A stretch of DNA of 63,874 nt, filler included, from Atractiella rhizophila (Eukaryota), in the NCBI GenBank assembly GCA_021432655.1. It is 8 parts of 6 records of this genome, joined end to end, with 100 filler letters (N's around TTAATTAATTAA, not from the genome) between each part and the next. Parts side by side here need not be neighbours in the genome. Positions count along the whole stretch, not along the records: positions 18,967 to 50,641 come from MU271540.1; 7 more parts are not named here. One strand, 5' to 3'. The first letter of the stretch is position 1. Each line of letters begins with the position of its first letter. Made by a program: the position numbers and the translations under genes. The notes under the pieces are model-generated. The model saw only the letters and a list, made by a program, of their open reading frames with translations. It was not told the origin of the DNA and searched no databases. Of this stretch, positions 28,842 to 40,883 are shown one piece after another.

Positions 28842-30452
28842 ATGCCTATGCCCACGATGGGAGAAGCGAAGAGGACGCCTAATTTACACATCTACAGTGT
28901 GCAGAACCAAACCGGGGGGAGCTTTGACCAGAGGATATATTTGAGTTGGAGTTCGTCATTTCTAGCCTCCACCAACTTTCGAAAACTTTACGTTCACCTC
29001 CCTCATACTTGGGTTGAGAGAAAGCCGGAACTGGCAAACTTTGCTCGACCAATTTTGTTGGACGGTGATCGAGTGCAGCATATACCTGTTGTGGCTTCAG
29101 TTTCGCTTCATCTTTTTTGGGATGCTCGCATGAGTGAAGAATCTGCACATTACATTGTTAGTGTGACATTGGGCGATACATCAAATCATGGGTCACAGAA
29201 TAAACCTTTTTTGCCCGCAAAAATCGTTGAAATCGAGCTTGGGAGCAGTGCCTCGACCTTCTTGCTTGATGAATTTCCTCACGATCTTAAGAAGCAACCA
29301 GTTCAATTAGGTATTTCCCCCGCTTACACCCTATATGCGTTTTTGACCCTACAGCTCTCAACGTTGCCTCCTGATGCTAGGATTAGCGCCTTGCCGGTAG
29401 AGATTTTGGATATGATCATCGGATATTTGTTCCACACACGCTACGCTATCGAGGATAAATTTTGCATTTCCGTGATTTCGGACGTGTGTAAACTATGGAG
29501 ACAGAGAGCTCTGTTTTTTCAAGCTGAGCCCTCTCATGGTTGGAAAAAAATCAAACTGCTTGAAGAATCACCAGGTTATCGTCACGGATGGTCCGCAGTG
29601 CGATTCACTGAGGAAGATCAATTTTTAACGGATTTAGGCAAAGTTTTTGTTGTCGCCATGAACCAACATCTAATCAATAAGCTTGACCTTCTATGCCCAA
29701 CGACGGAACAAGAACAGGACGTGCTCGATGAAATGGCCTGTCTCGCCACTGTGACCACTTTGAAACTTGTAGAATGGCCAGAAATCAGAGTTCTTCGCTT
29801 TCTTGAGACTACAGAATCTTACAAAATACTTCGATCCCTCAACTTAGTGAACCTACAACCTCCACACCTGCTGGAGCCATCGGATCCCAGTTCTCGAGGC
29901 CGCAGGATGCACCTTGTCATCTTCGAAGTCTTCAAGGTCAGGCCTTGCTTCCTCACATTGGTCTTCGGGTCCTTACTTTCTCTAAAAGAACTGGGGACGT
30001 TTAAGATGGCAAGATGTTATCTCACTGTCATGTTTCACTCGCAAGTTCGATCCACTTTACACACTCTTCATGTAGATTACGACCCAGCCTTCTGCAACAA
30101 CATCGAGAGGATAGTCTTCGATCAACCGTTGGATATGTACGAATTTACAAATCTAGTGGACTTGAAGATTGACGGTGGTCATGCCAACAGCAATGTTGTT
30201 CCTTTTGAGCTTTTCCCAAGGCTGCCACCCGAAAAGTTTCGGTCCCTCTTCATTTCTTATTGTTCTGTTAGCTTCAGCGGCTTCATAAATTTTATCGCGG
30301 GATTGTTCCAGAAGGAACCTCGGTTGTTCCGGTTCAGGCTCGATCTCTTCTTCGGACAGTGGACCACAGAGCAATTCCAGGAGGGGAAGAGAAGGGGAAA
30401 GGAGTTGGCTGGTGCCTTTCGGTTTGCGTTAACAGAGGCTGGATGTACATAA
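28842..30452 (+). CDS. F-box / LRR-like protein, copy 1 (536 aa, single long ORF)
   Basis: ISALPVEILDMIIGYL...ISDVCKLWRQRAL F-box-like motif, followed by LxxLxL repeats (LRSLNL, LHTLHV, LVDLKI). Confidence 0.75.
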   Translation: MPMPTMGEAKRTPNLHIYSVQNQTGGSFDQRIYLSWSSSFLASTNFRKLYVHLPHTWVERKPELANFARPILLDGDRVQHIPVVASVSLHLFWDARMSEESAHYIVSVTLGDTSNHGSQNKPFLPAKIVEIELGSSASTFLLDEFPHDLKKQPVQLGISPAYTLYAFLTLQLSTLPPDARISALPVEILDMIIGYLFHTRYAIEDKFCISVISDVCKLWRQRALFFQAEPSHGWKKIKLLEESPGYRHGWSAVRFTEEDQFLTDLGKVFVVAMNQHLINKLDLLCPTTEQEQDVLDEMACLATVTTLKLVEWPEIRVLRFLETTESYKILRSLNLVNLQPPHLLEPSDPSSRGRRMHLVIFEVFKVRPCFLTLVFGSLLSLKELGTFKMARCYLTVMFHSQVRSTLHTLHVDYDPAFCNNIERIVFDQPLDMYEFTNLVDLKIDGGHANSNVVPFELFPRLPPEKFRSLFISYCSVSFSGFINFIAGLFQKEPRLFRFRLDLFFGQWTTEQFQEGKRRGKELAGAFRFALTEAGCT

Positions 30453-30929
30453 TACGTGGATTATTTGAGTTTATTTCATTGTGATCTGTTCATGGGGTGA
30501 ACAGGATGGAATCGTTGAGTTGAACATTCAACCTTTCATAAACCTCTTGCTCTGAGGAATAAAACTGCAAATTTCGACAAAATGACGGATCAGCTGAACC
30601 AAATTGATCAGACTATACGGCAATTTATATGGCACTACCAAGGACCGCACCACCAGAAAAACTGAAAACTTTGCCATATCATGGCGCAACACTGAGTTTC
30701 GCGGTGTCTAAAAAAAAAAAAAAAAAAAATTATGCCAAGCAAGCCCTTTCAAATTCTCTCATAGCGATAGGAGTACAGAGGAGGGTTGGCGCTAGCCAGG
30801 AACTTGTGCGGGAAGCGGAGCATGCCGACCAGCTGACTAAGTGGTTGTGCACGTTAAAGTGTGTTCGTACGGACGGTAGAGTACTTAACGTTCATCAACA
30901 TGTTAAGCTGATGAGAGAGACCTGTATCC

Positions 30930-32558
30930 ATGCCTATGCCCACGATGGGAGAAGCGAAGAGGACGCCTAATTTAAACATCTATAGTGTGCAGAATCAAAC
31001 CGGGGGGAGCTTTGACCAGAGGATATATTTGAGTTGGACTTCGTCATTTCTAGCCTCCACCAACTTTCGAAAACTTTACGTTCACCTTTCTCATACTTGG
31101 GTTGAGAGAAAGCCGGAACTAGAAAACTTTGCTCGACCAATTGCGTTGCGCGGTGATCGAGTGCAGCAAATACCCGTTGTGGCTTCAGTTTCACTTCATC
31201 TTTTTTTAAATGCTCACTTGAGGGATGAATCCGAGAACGATTTAGAATACATTGTTAGTGTGACATTGGGCAATACATCAAATCATGGATCACAGAATAA
31301 ACCATTTTTGCCAGCCAAAATCGTTGAAATCGACCTTGGGAGCAATCCCTCGACCTTTTTGCTTCATGAATTTGCTGACGATCTCAAGAAGCAACCAGTT
31401 CTGTCAGGGAGTATAGGTATTTATCCCGCTTACACCCTATATGCGTTTTTGACCCTGCAACTCTCAACGGTGCCGCCTGATGCCAGGATTAACACCTTGC
31501 CGGGAGAGATTTTGGATATGATAATCGGATACCTGTTCTACACACGCTACGATATCGAGGACGAATTCAGCATTTCTGCGATTTCGGATGTGTGTAAACT
31601 ATGGAGACAGAGAGCTCTGTTTTTTCAAGCTGAGCCACGTGATGGTTGGAAAAAAATCAAACTGCTTGAAGAATCACCAGGTTATCGCCAAGAATGGTGC
31701 TCGGTGCGATACACTGAGGAAGATCGATTTTTCACGAATTTAGGCAAAGTTTTTATTGTCGCCCTGAACCAACATCTGATCAACAACCTTGACCTTCTAT
31801 GCCCAACGACGGAACAAGAACAGGACGTGCTCGATGAAATGACCTGTCTCGCCACTGTGACCACTTTGAAACTTGTAGAATGGCCAGAAATCAGAGTCCT
31901 TCGCTTTCTTGAGACTACAGAATCTTACAACGTACTTCGATCCCTCCTCCTAGTGAACCTACAACCTCCACACCTGCTGGAGCCATCAGATCCCAGTTCT
32001 CGAGGCCACAGGATGCACCTTGAGGTCTTCGAAGTCTTCAAGGTCAGGCCGTGCTTCCTCATATTGGTCGTCAGGTCCTTACTCTCACTAAAAGAACTGG
32101 GGACGTTTAAAATGTCAAGATGTTATCTCACTGTCACATTTCATTCGCAAGTTCGATCCACTTTACACACTCTTCATGTCGATTACGATCCAGACTTCTG
32201 CATCAACATCGAGAGACTAGTCTTCGATCAACCGTTGGATATATACGAATTTACAAATCTGGTGGACTTGAAGATTGACGGTGGTCATACCAACAGCAAT
32301 GTTGTTCCTTTTGAGCTTTTCCCAAGACTGCGACCCGAAAATTTTCGCTTCCTCTTCATTCATTATTGTTCTGTTAGCTTCAATGGCTTCATAAATTTCA
32401 TCGAGGGATTGCTCCAGAAGGAATCTCGGTTGTCCATGTTCAGGCTCGATCTCTTCTTCGGACAGTGGACCACAGAGCAATTCCAAGAGGGGAAAAGAAG
32501 GGGAAAGGAGTTGGCTGGTGCCTTTCGGTTTGCGTTAACAGAGGCTGGATGTACATAA
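30930..32558 (+). CDS. F-box / LRR-like protein, copy 2 (542 aa)
   Basis: Colinear with copy 1, roughly 85% amino-acid identity by manual count. F-box-like motif INTLPGEILDMIIGYL...VCKLWRQ. Confidence 0.75.
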   Translation: MPMPTMGEAKRTPNLNIYSVQNQTGGSFDQRIYLSWTSSFLASTNFRKLYVHLSHTWVERKPELENFARPIALRGDRVQQIPVVASVSLHLFLNAHLRDESENDLEYIVSVTLGNTSNHGSQNKPFLPAKIVEIDLGSNPSTFLLHEFADDLKKQPVLSGSIGIYPAYTLYAFLTLQLSTVPPDARINTLPGEILDMIIGYLFYTRYDIEDEFSISAISDVCKLWRQRALFFQAEPRDGWKKIKLLEESPGYRQEWCSVRYTEEDRFFTNLGKVFIVALNQHLINNLDLLCPTTEQEQDVLDEMTCLATVTTLKLVEWPEIRVLRFLETTESYNVLRSLLLVNLQPPHLLEPSDPSSRGHRMHLEVFEVFKVRPCFLILVVRSLLSLKELGTFKMSRCYLTVTFHSQVRSTLHTLHVDYDPDFCINIERLVFDQPLDIYEFTNLVDLKIDGGHTNSNVVPFELFPRLRPENFRFLFIHYCSVSFNGFINFIEGLLQKESRLSMFRLDLFFGQWTTEQFQEGKRRGKELAGAFRFALTEAGCT

Positions 32559-33649
32559 TACGTGGATTATTCATTGTGATTTGTGCATGGGTTGAACAGG
32601 ATGGAATCGTTGAGTTGAAACATCCAAACTTTCGTGAACCTCTTGCTCTGAGGAATAAAACTGCAAATTTCGACAAAATGACGGATCAGCTGAACCAAAT
32701 TGATCAGACGATACGGCAATTTATATGGCACTACCAAGGACCGCACCACCAGAAAAACTGAAAACTTTGCCATATCATGGCGCAACACTGAGTTTCGCGG
32801 TGTCTTGAGGTAAGATGCTCAAGACGCTTTGTACAGAATGTTTGGTTTTTGGATCCAAGAGAATTTAGAACAGTCTATCCAAGCCCATTTTTGGTCCTTC
32901 TCAGCTTTATTTTGAAGTGTGTACAGGGTACAGGTCGAGTTCTAATACCCGTTCCCTGCCCCAGAAGCGAATTCCAGCAAGATGGACAGAGTTCAATGGT
33001 AAAGCACTGACCTGGGGTTACAAAACACCGCCAAAATAAAATAGCCAGAGTATGATGCTAAAATAAAATTTTGTTCATGATCGATGCATGATCTGAAAGC
33101 GATAGTCGCGATTATTTGAGCTTCGTGGGCAAGAACTCTCGGTTGGTGCAAGGTGGGCGTACCTCATGAGCCATCCAACCAGATGAGATCAAATCTCAAG
33201 TTGATGGGATCTCGGACCATCCTCTGCTCTGCCATACCCGAATATCTCGTGATGTGGGCAGCTCCCGAAAGCCGCATCTACGCGTTCGCTTTGCTCTTCG
33301 AAGAGGACGAGAAGGACGAGTTTTCGAGATCACGGTGGTATTGTGGTAGCGCTTGGGCAAATGCACGACAACGGGATGCCGCGCTGGGACGGGCAAGCGA
33401 GAACTGTACATTTTCTTCTTGCCCTGCTAAAGCTTGCCTGAATCTTGCATAAACTACAGTACTGTGGGGAAGTTTGGACGAGGTGGACGAGCTGTGATGT
33501 GGCGAGCGATAAGATGATAAGACCATAACGCACAGTTATAAAGCTAGTGAAAGGGACGATTAAAGATAAAGACCTTTCCTTCTAACCCAACACGGGTGGC
33601 GTTATCACTATCTAGCCACGATTAATAACAAGGCTATTCAATTGTCAAT

Positions 33650-35128
33650 ATGACCGTCATCTGCGCAATCCCACTTTCTGGCCAGTATGAGACGCTCCAG
33701 AGAGCGGTCTTCTATGTCTGCATCGCGCTTTGCATGATAGGCAGAAAGAACCAAAGGCTCAGGTTGGTTGTCCTGAGTTCATTTCAAGTTCAAGTCCGAG
33801 CGCCGAATTGAACCTTCATGCAGGGATGCTTGCTTGGGTCCTTCCTTGCTATCTGCTACCGTTTCCTCAGTCCATGCCATCGTTCTAGCTGCTAACCGTG
33901 TGGTACGTCCTACACTTTCACTCCCAAGTCCAAAACTTTTGGCTTATACGCATTTTCAACAGGAAGGAGTCGTGAATCTGGTACAGCGACCTGACTATTC
34001 TGTCAAGACCACGCTTAGCTTCAAAACAGGACAACTGGGGCGCTTTCCAAATAACAGTAATCGGCCTACTTGCTGCCCCCACTATGGTACGATATTCCAA
34101 CACCTACTTCCACCTTCCCGGTCGTAACCTCATCTTCGTATCGACTGTGCTCAATCTAGCCGGTAAGCTGGTCCTTTCAACCAAACATGTGATGCGGTCG
34201 CTGAACTCGGTTCGGTGTTCAGGATCGTTGAGCCTATCGTACAGTTTTTACAACGCAAAAGCGTTCGACTGTTTCAGCGAGGGTATTGACCCTATTCTAG
34301 ACTTCTCCCTCGACTCGCTGAACAGTACTAATGCGACGACGACATGTACGATGTGGTTGGCAAGCTTGCCGCTTTCGTGCAAATCAGGTGGAGGCGGAAA
34401 ATGTACCCTCACCGTCGCCCCTGCCCGCGGATTGACTCTTGAAAACGCCAAATTCCTATCCGCTTCCAGCAGCTTCCTTGCCATCCTCTACCTCCTCTTT
34501 ATGTGGTGGAAGGTTGCCAACTGGTCTCAAACGAGATATGGCTTCGGGAAGGAATTAAACGAAGAGCGGCATCGCATGCTCCGAAACAGAGCGGAAGTCG
34601 AGCTCATATTTTCTAAAGCGTACAACATGTCGGAGCGCGCGTTTATAGGCGCTTGCTTGATCATCATCGTCGTCCTAGGGGAGATGAACTTCTCGAGTCG
34701 CCAGATGAAGGTGGGTACGGAAGCGATGGCTTCTGTGGGTGCGTCCTTTCTTCCTGAGCGAACGAACGAGGTGTCGCACCGTTACTGACCAAGGGCAGGC
34801 AGGTCAATGGAGTCCTCTCGTAGGCATGGGTATTACTGCTGTCGCAACCACCTACACCGCTCGCGCACGCTCTTCTTCTCCCACCCCGTTGCTTCCAACG
34901 CTTCAACCGGAACTTCCTGTTGTCATGATCAATATGGCACAAGTCCGTCCCACCTCCTCTACCGAACCGCCAACCGTCGAAACCCTCGTCGTTTCAGATC
35001 CTTGCCATAGTACGGGCACCAGCTTCTATCGTCAGTATCCGAGCAGGGGAAGACTCTCCCTCTTTCCGATGAGGTATTTAGACGTCGCTTTTAACGAGGC
35101 ACAATGTGAATGGCTCAAGCTCGCTTGA
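33650..35128 (+). CDS. Conserved fungal multi-pass membrane protein of unknown function (3' end approximate)
   Basis: Spliced product MTVICAIPLSGQYETLQRAVFY...RDACLG...VHAIVLA...WGAFQITVIGLLAAP..VRYSNTYF...EMNFSS...TEAMASV-GQWSPLVG resembles a widespread fungal hypothetical family (recalled, not searched). Confidence 0.65.
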
Positions 35129-35539
35129 TTCCCATCAGCTACTAGTCCATTCGACGTAGGTTCACTAGTTCAACTTCCTAGGAGAGGAAAGATTGCACTA
35201 TCCAGTTCCAAACACGGTTAGGATATGCCATAAATCGAGCAATGTGGTGTGCGTGTAAGAGAATCATTGATGGGGGAAATACCTTGTACCAACTGAGAAG
35301 TTATGCAGTGGATAGTTATCTGATTTAATTTTCTGTAGATACGTTCGTGATTTGTTGTTATGAAATCTCATTTCCTCAGCAGTATCTGCTTTGCCTCTGT
35401 AGCATGGAATCCGAAACTGTGTTAATGGTACAACATTTGAATTTCTTGTGAGATCGTTCATTAGTGTACAATCCATGCTTCCATAGACCACAACATACTC
35501 ATCTTCTCATCTCCTCATCTAATGTCGTTACTGAACTGA

Positions 35540-37295
35540 CTAGACAATCCACATCGTCTCCACCATCCCTTCCAACGTCAGCTCCAGAATGCAATGCTGC
35601 ACTGGAGCCCAAAGCTCTGTATTGCGACTCAAGAGAACCTCGCTGACGGTTTCATCCAAATCTGCTCCACGATTGAGGACCATGGTCATCATGCCAGTTT
35701 CTTGTTGAGTCTGAAGAACAGCCGGCAAATCTGTCTCTTCCTTATCCCGATGCTGTTGAGCGACCGCTTGTGCAGCAGATGCGAGCTTTGATTTGTCCTT
35801 CTTCCCCCGCTTGGATGAGGAAGAAACCGCAGCCTGTTCTGTTGGAGAAGGTGACGAAGGACCCGCGAAGCTTGGAGGGGAAGGCGTGAGTGAGCGCGCA
35901 GCCGGAATGGGGATAGGTAAGGTTGTTGTCCCAGGTTGTTGGGAGGTCGCGAAGAAGGACTGGATCGTTTCAAGCTGGACATTGTTTGTTCCGTCAGCTT
36001 GACCGGGAAATAATGGAAGAAGACAGGACGGACGTTGTCAGACTCAGATATGCTCGACGAGCCATTCCTTATGGTCCACCTACAGCGATGATTTCTGCCC
36101 CAGTGCACTTCCCCAGGTAGATTCGAATGTAAAAGGACTTTGAGAAGTGTGTTAGATGTTGCGCTGAAGAGGAAAGTGAGGCCCTGGGATGGATAGAGGT
36201 AAAAGTAAGGATTTGGCTCGGAACTTGAGGCTGGGAGTTGGGATGGCGAATGGATCGCAAGGCGATTCTACCGATTTTCATCTTTTGCTGATGGATAGAA
36301 TAAACAAGTGCTCACATCCTCTTTCCAGAATGTCCGCAGGGGAGCTCCAAAAGTACACAAGATATCTTCTGAAGTCGTAATCCCAATATCTGCTTCAAAT
36401 GTCCGGGGTCCCTCGGCAGGTGTATCGAAGAATTCGAACCGTAGCCGTCTAGGGTCGCTCGACTACACGATTGAGCGTTAAAAGATCCCGCCTGCCGGAG
36501 ATAGATGGCATACCTCCATCCAAACCCGTTCCAGATCCCCTTGCGCGCACTTGGGTTGCGGATGTATATAGGGCTCAAGATAAGCATCCCTAGACTCCTT
36601 TTCTGGCGGGGGATGCGTGATTACAAGACGCGTAATCCGCGTCCCTTCCTCTGTTTGCACAAGCCTGAACCGTTAATACTCGTCCGCTCAGTAACGTGAA
36701 AGAGCTTGCCTGAGCGTTGATAAGCAAAGGCAACTCCAGGAAAGCCAACAACTTCAGTATTGGGCAGGACAGGATGAGCCGTCGGTGGGTATGTGGGGCC
36801 CAACAATCCTGTCAAGCCATGCATTAGGCCAGTTCCAGAAAACGAAGGAAATGCATACGATAAATGCTCTTCAAGCCATCTTCGTTTCCACCTCCAAAGT
36901 TCTTGTCTTTGTAGGAAACCCATTTGTCTGGTTTCTCCACCACTTCGATACGAATCAAACGCTGAGTTGGCCCGTGGAAGGTCAGCACGAGAGGCGGAGA
37001 GGGAGCGGAGAGCGTGATGACGAGCGGGGCATTAGCAGCCTCCTGTAAAACAACTGCTCTAAGCTGATGATCAACCTGGATATGAAAAGCGTGCGGATTG
37101 GTCCCAGGCAACATTCACTTTTGGAAAACTGGCAGGATCGGGACGCAAGATCTTGTCGAGGACGTGGAACAGGGTTTGGCCTGGAAACAACGCTACAATC
37201 AGATGAAGTACAATGATATCGAAACAGGAATTACCCAGCTCGAAGGGACCGAGAGCACGTCCAGGTTCCAGCTCGAGTTTCCTTCTCTGAGGCAT
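35540..37295 (-). CDS. UPF0183 / PHAF1 (C16orf70)-like protein
   Basis: LEPGRALGPFELG, LTFHGPTQRLIRIEV, LGPTYP, FPGVAF and C-terminal MVLNRG...ILELTLEGMVETMWIV*. Confidence 0.8.
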
Positions 37296-37719
37296 GGTCG
37301 TTTCAACTCACGTGACTCGCCAGCCAACAAACGCGTTATCAAGTCTTTGTGATATTTACCACTTTAAGCCGCAATCCTTCTCATTACCATCGGTCGAAGA
37401 TCCGCCGGAGGCGTCTGTGGAAGCGACCAAGTAGACGTTGACAACAAAGAAACCAAGGTGGCAGTTGATGGATGTCATTCGATTTGAAGAACAGGAAGCA
37501 ATATGTGAGCTCCTTTCCTCTTTTTGTCTAGGGTTCGATGAGAGGTTTCGGAGAGCTCTTATAAGTAATGCTGTTTTTCCCACTCTCAAAGTCCAGTATC
37601 GTACAGCTTCGCCTTCATTCATCACTTGCATACTTGTCCATGTTTTTTTAAACTGTTGCCCCGGGTTATCATGACGGGCACTGCTTGTGGCCAATGGTCA
37701 ACTTCACTCTGTCCTATGC

Positions 37720-39210
37720 AGCCAATTAAAAAACGCTCAAAAGAATCAACGCAATAAACTCCAGCTTCTGGTACCAAAAGTTACCCTAAGTTGGTGCATA
37801 ATTTCATTCCCCTTCTCTTTTGCCTCTTCCAATTCCTCCGTGGTCCAGTCGCCAAAGAAGAGATGTCTAAAAAGCCGCTGGATCCCACAGTACAATAATA
37901 AATGGAGTTACTGCGTAAACTTTTGTGTTGAAGAGTTTGAGAAAGTCGAAAGGGACGAGGTTACTGTTGGCATGACTGACATCAATGCGCAGTTCCTCCA
38001 AATTTATAAATTGGTCAATATGCAATCTCAGAGGGAAGATCAACCCCTCAATGTCGATGCAACAGAATCGTCCTTGATCTCAAGTTTTTGTAAGCGAGGT
38101 AAAGTTCGGGAAATACACAAGGGAATGGGATAACAGTTGGTCACCCTGAGCGTGAACAGGTCTTCTGTAGAGAGTAGCTATTCTGTCAACATTGTCAGCA
38201 AGCAGGACTTTTCAAGACATCGAGATGTATCCTGCGACCGCCGTTAGAAGTGACTGTGGCGACTCCTGAAAATGTGAAGTTTGAAGTTCCATTAGATGCA
38301 GATCTTAAGCACCTCGTCAGATTTCGTGGTTTGGAGAAATCGAAGAACTCTGAATTCTACCCACCGTGTGAGTGTCGATCACAACGCACAGAGCAATCAC
38401 TTGGTCCAAGTTGTCCTGCCCTTCTTCTGACATTGGACAAGCAAGAGAAATGGCGCGGAGCGGATCATGCACTGGGAGGTCATTGCTGAAACAAAGCTTG
38501 CTGAAATCCACCAGATTTGTTTGATCTTTTTCGGTGTAGCGGACCAAAAACCAAGCATGGTGACTCTGTCGCAATTCATCAAGCAGTTTGAGTTTATCTG
38601 ATCCGTGGGAGAGCTCAGGTTGAAATACATAGCTCCTCGTCTCCGCAACTTGCAGACTGTTGAGATTTGGAAAAGGATTTGCTTCGTTTGCAATAGAACA
38701 GGCATTTGAATATGATATCTAGAATCTAGGTAGGCAAAGCACTGATGCTCCGATCTGGTGGCAATGTTGTAGGCTGTAAGAGCCAGACAAACCCTTCCTC
38801 CCAGGAAACAGCGTCTCTGGCATCAAGTTTATGGTTTCTTGGTCACGATTACGTCCCATAAAATGATTGAGTCTGTACCTCCCAGCTCGATTTCAAGAAG
38901 TCTACTTCAAATATGAGCTGTTCTCTGATTCGGCATTTGATACATTGTCAAATACGATGCTCATCGTTACAGTCCATTCACTTGTTTGAGCATCAAGACG
39001 AAGTGAATGCACAAGGGCGCTGAACTGGTATTTGTTCTAATGGCTCAGATCCCAACGTAATTGCTGGAGAGTAAGCTGGGTTTGGCATTCTCTCAATCCA
39101 GTTATACTGTCGACTCTAGAAAAGAGTCCCGCTCAAACAAATCTTCTCTCCTTTGGTTAGTTTTGGAACACTGCAGACGTGTAGAATCGACGTCCTTTTC
39201 GCTTTTCGAT
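37720..39210 (-). pseudogene. Degenerate third member of the F-box/LRR family
   Basis: Fragments in shifting frames align to the 28842 protein: SALPT*ILDII, ISTVCKLRRRGAMYF, YQFINLEELRIDVSHANSNLVPF and LFGDWTTEELEEAKEKGNE. In-frame stops and frameshifts are present. Confidence 0.75.
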
Positions 39211-39262
39211 TGCTCAATGGATCGGGAATGTCTACCGATTTCGAAATCCATCAAACCCGCGA

Positions 39263-39319
39263 CCTCCCCGTACCTGTACGGGTTCACCCAAGGGTGCTCT
39301 CATGAAGGGTACGGGGAGG
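39263..39319. repeat. 12-bp perfect inverted repeat (GC-rich hairpin)
   Basis: CCTCCCCGTACC (39263-39274) and GGTACGGGGAGG (39308-39319). Confidence 0.8.
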
Positions 39320-40883
39320 GGCAATTGGATCCTCTTTGATGCCCTGGGTTTCCCCATGCTCACCCGTGGACAGGAAGGTTGCTGTCATTTTCTTGCCAGC
39401 TCTAACAGTTTGCGAACAAACAACCTCAAGTTGAATGCAAGAAGGGACCCCTGTGACAGCTCGTCATTCCTCTAAATTCTCATACGTAAATGATTACATC
39501 CTTACCTCATGTATGGTTCAGCTGTCCAGTATCAAGCAGCACGACAGTCTCGCTATCCGACTCAGCTGTTAAGATCCGTTAGTAACTCGAAGCCTCTGGT
39601 TGATGCAACAAGCCTTCCAGAAAGAACCGTCGCGTTTTTAGCGTCGGCTCTGCATGTTGTTGCTCTCGTTTCCATCTTATCATGCAAGATTACTTCCAGT
39701 TTCCACATCCACTCATACCGTATTAATCTGGAGATTATCACACGGCAGCTGGACAAACACTTGCTCTTTCTTCAATTATTGAGACGCAGAAAGGAGGAGT
39801 TCGAAATCACCTCGGTCACTTAACAAGCACCGTCACTTAACAGCACCCCTGCGGCAGCAGCCTTTCTGTTTTCTAGCTGTACCCTCTGCTCCCTCGTGTA
39901 CTCTACTCCCCACCTGCATGTTCGCTGATGCTGAAACTCAACTCGAAAGCTTGGCATACAGCCATGGGCTGGCAACTCCACCCAGCTAGGTTCAGCGACC
40001 AGCCACAATACAACTGAACACTTGTCATAACCATGCTCTTGAATATTCAGCCATTTTCAGAGTTCAACGTTCAGTTCAAGCGTTCAATATTCAACGAGCT
40101 ATATAGCGACCGAACTGCTATTTTATTCTCAAGATTTTCAAGCAGCTCACAAGAGCCACAGCCAATTTTCCGCCTTGTCGATGTTTACCTTTATCATCGA
40201 TCATGATCTTGCGTGACTGCAAGCATGCTGCTGCGTTCTGGAGACCTTCTCTTAGTGCAACTGAAAATGAGTGGGTTGTGATTGGCTCGGTGACTCTTGG
40301 AGAACATGTTCGTGAATTGGGAAACTGGGAATGAGAAGGTGCAGGGAATCCGAAAAAAGAGCAGATCGAAGCGATGACTCTTCGGTGTACGGGTTGGTCT
40401 AATGAAGGCCATCTGAAGGGTCACAAGGATTGGCTGTTGAGCTGAACAAGACAACCAAGCCATTGTTTCGCCTTTTTTCAACAATTGGAGTCCTTGTACG
40501 CGGTCAGTCGTCCATGTTTTTCTCGTCTTTCCGGCCCTTCTCCTTGGCGGCTGACTCCGGAAACCCGCGGTAAAGGTGCGGGGATAAGGGTTCGGGCAAT
40601 TGATTCAATAGTGGCTTTGTCCGCCTCTTTGTTCTGATTCCCACACGGACGCTTATAAAAAGGCAGCACCCCCTTCGTCCGTCTCTTTCTTTCTCCTTTT
40701 CTCAGCCAAATCCAGCTCGCGGAAAGGTATACTGTCATTACTTACCCTCTATCACCCTCCTGAGACGAAAAGCTGATACGAGCAGATTGTTGAATTTAGG
40801 TACGTTTCGCTCACGTTTTTTTAGGCGTCTGCCATGAGGACCATGATGAAAACTGACTTGCCATCCGTTGATTGGGACACAGG

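Larger units (their letters stand above)
28332..32805. repeat. Tandem duplication (28332-30709 and 30730-32805) joined by an A20 run
   Basis: Both units start TTATGCCAAGCAAGCCC and end ACTGAGTTTCGCGGTGTCT, and each contains one F-box gene. Confidence 0.92.
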
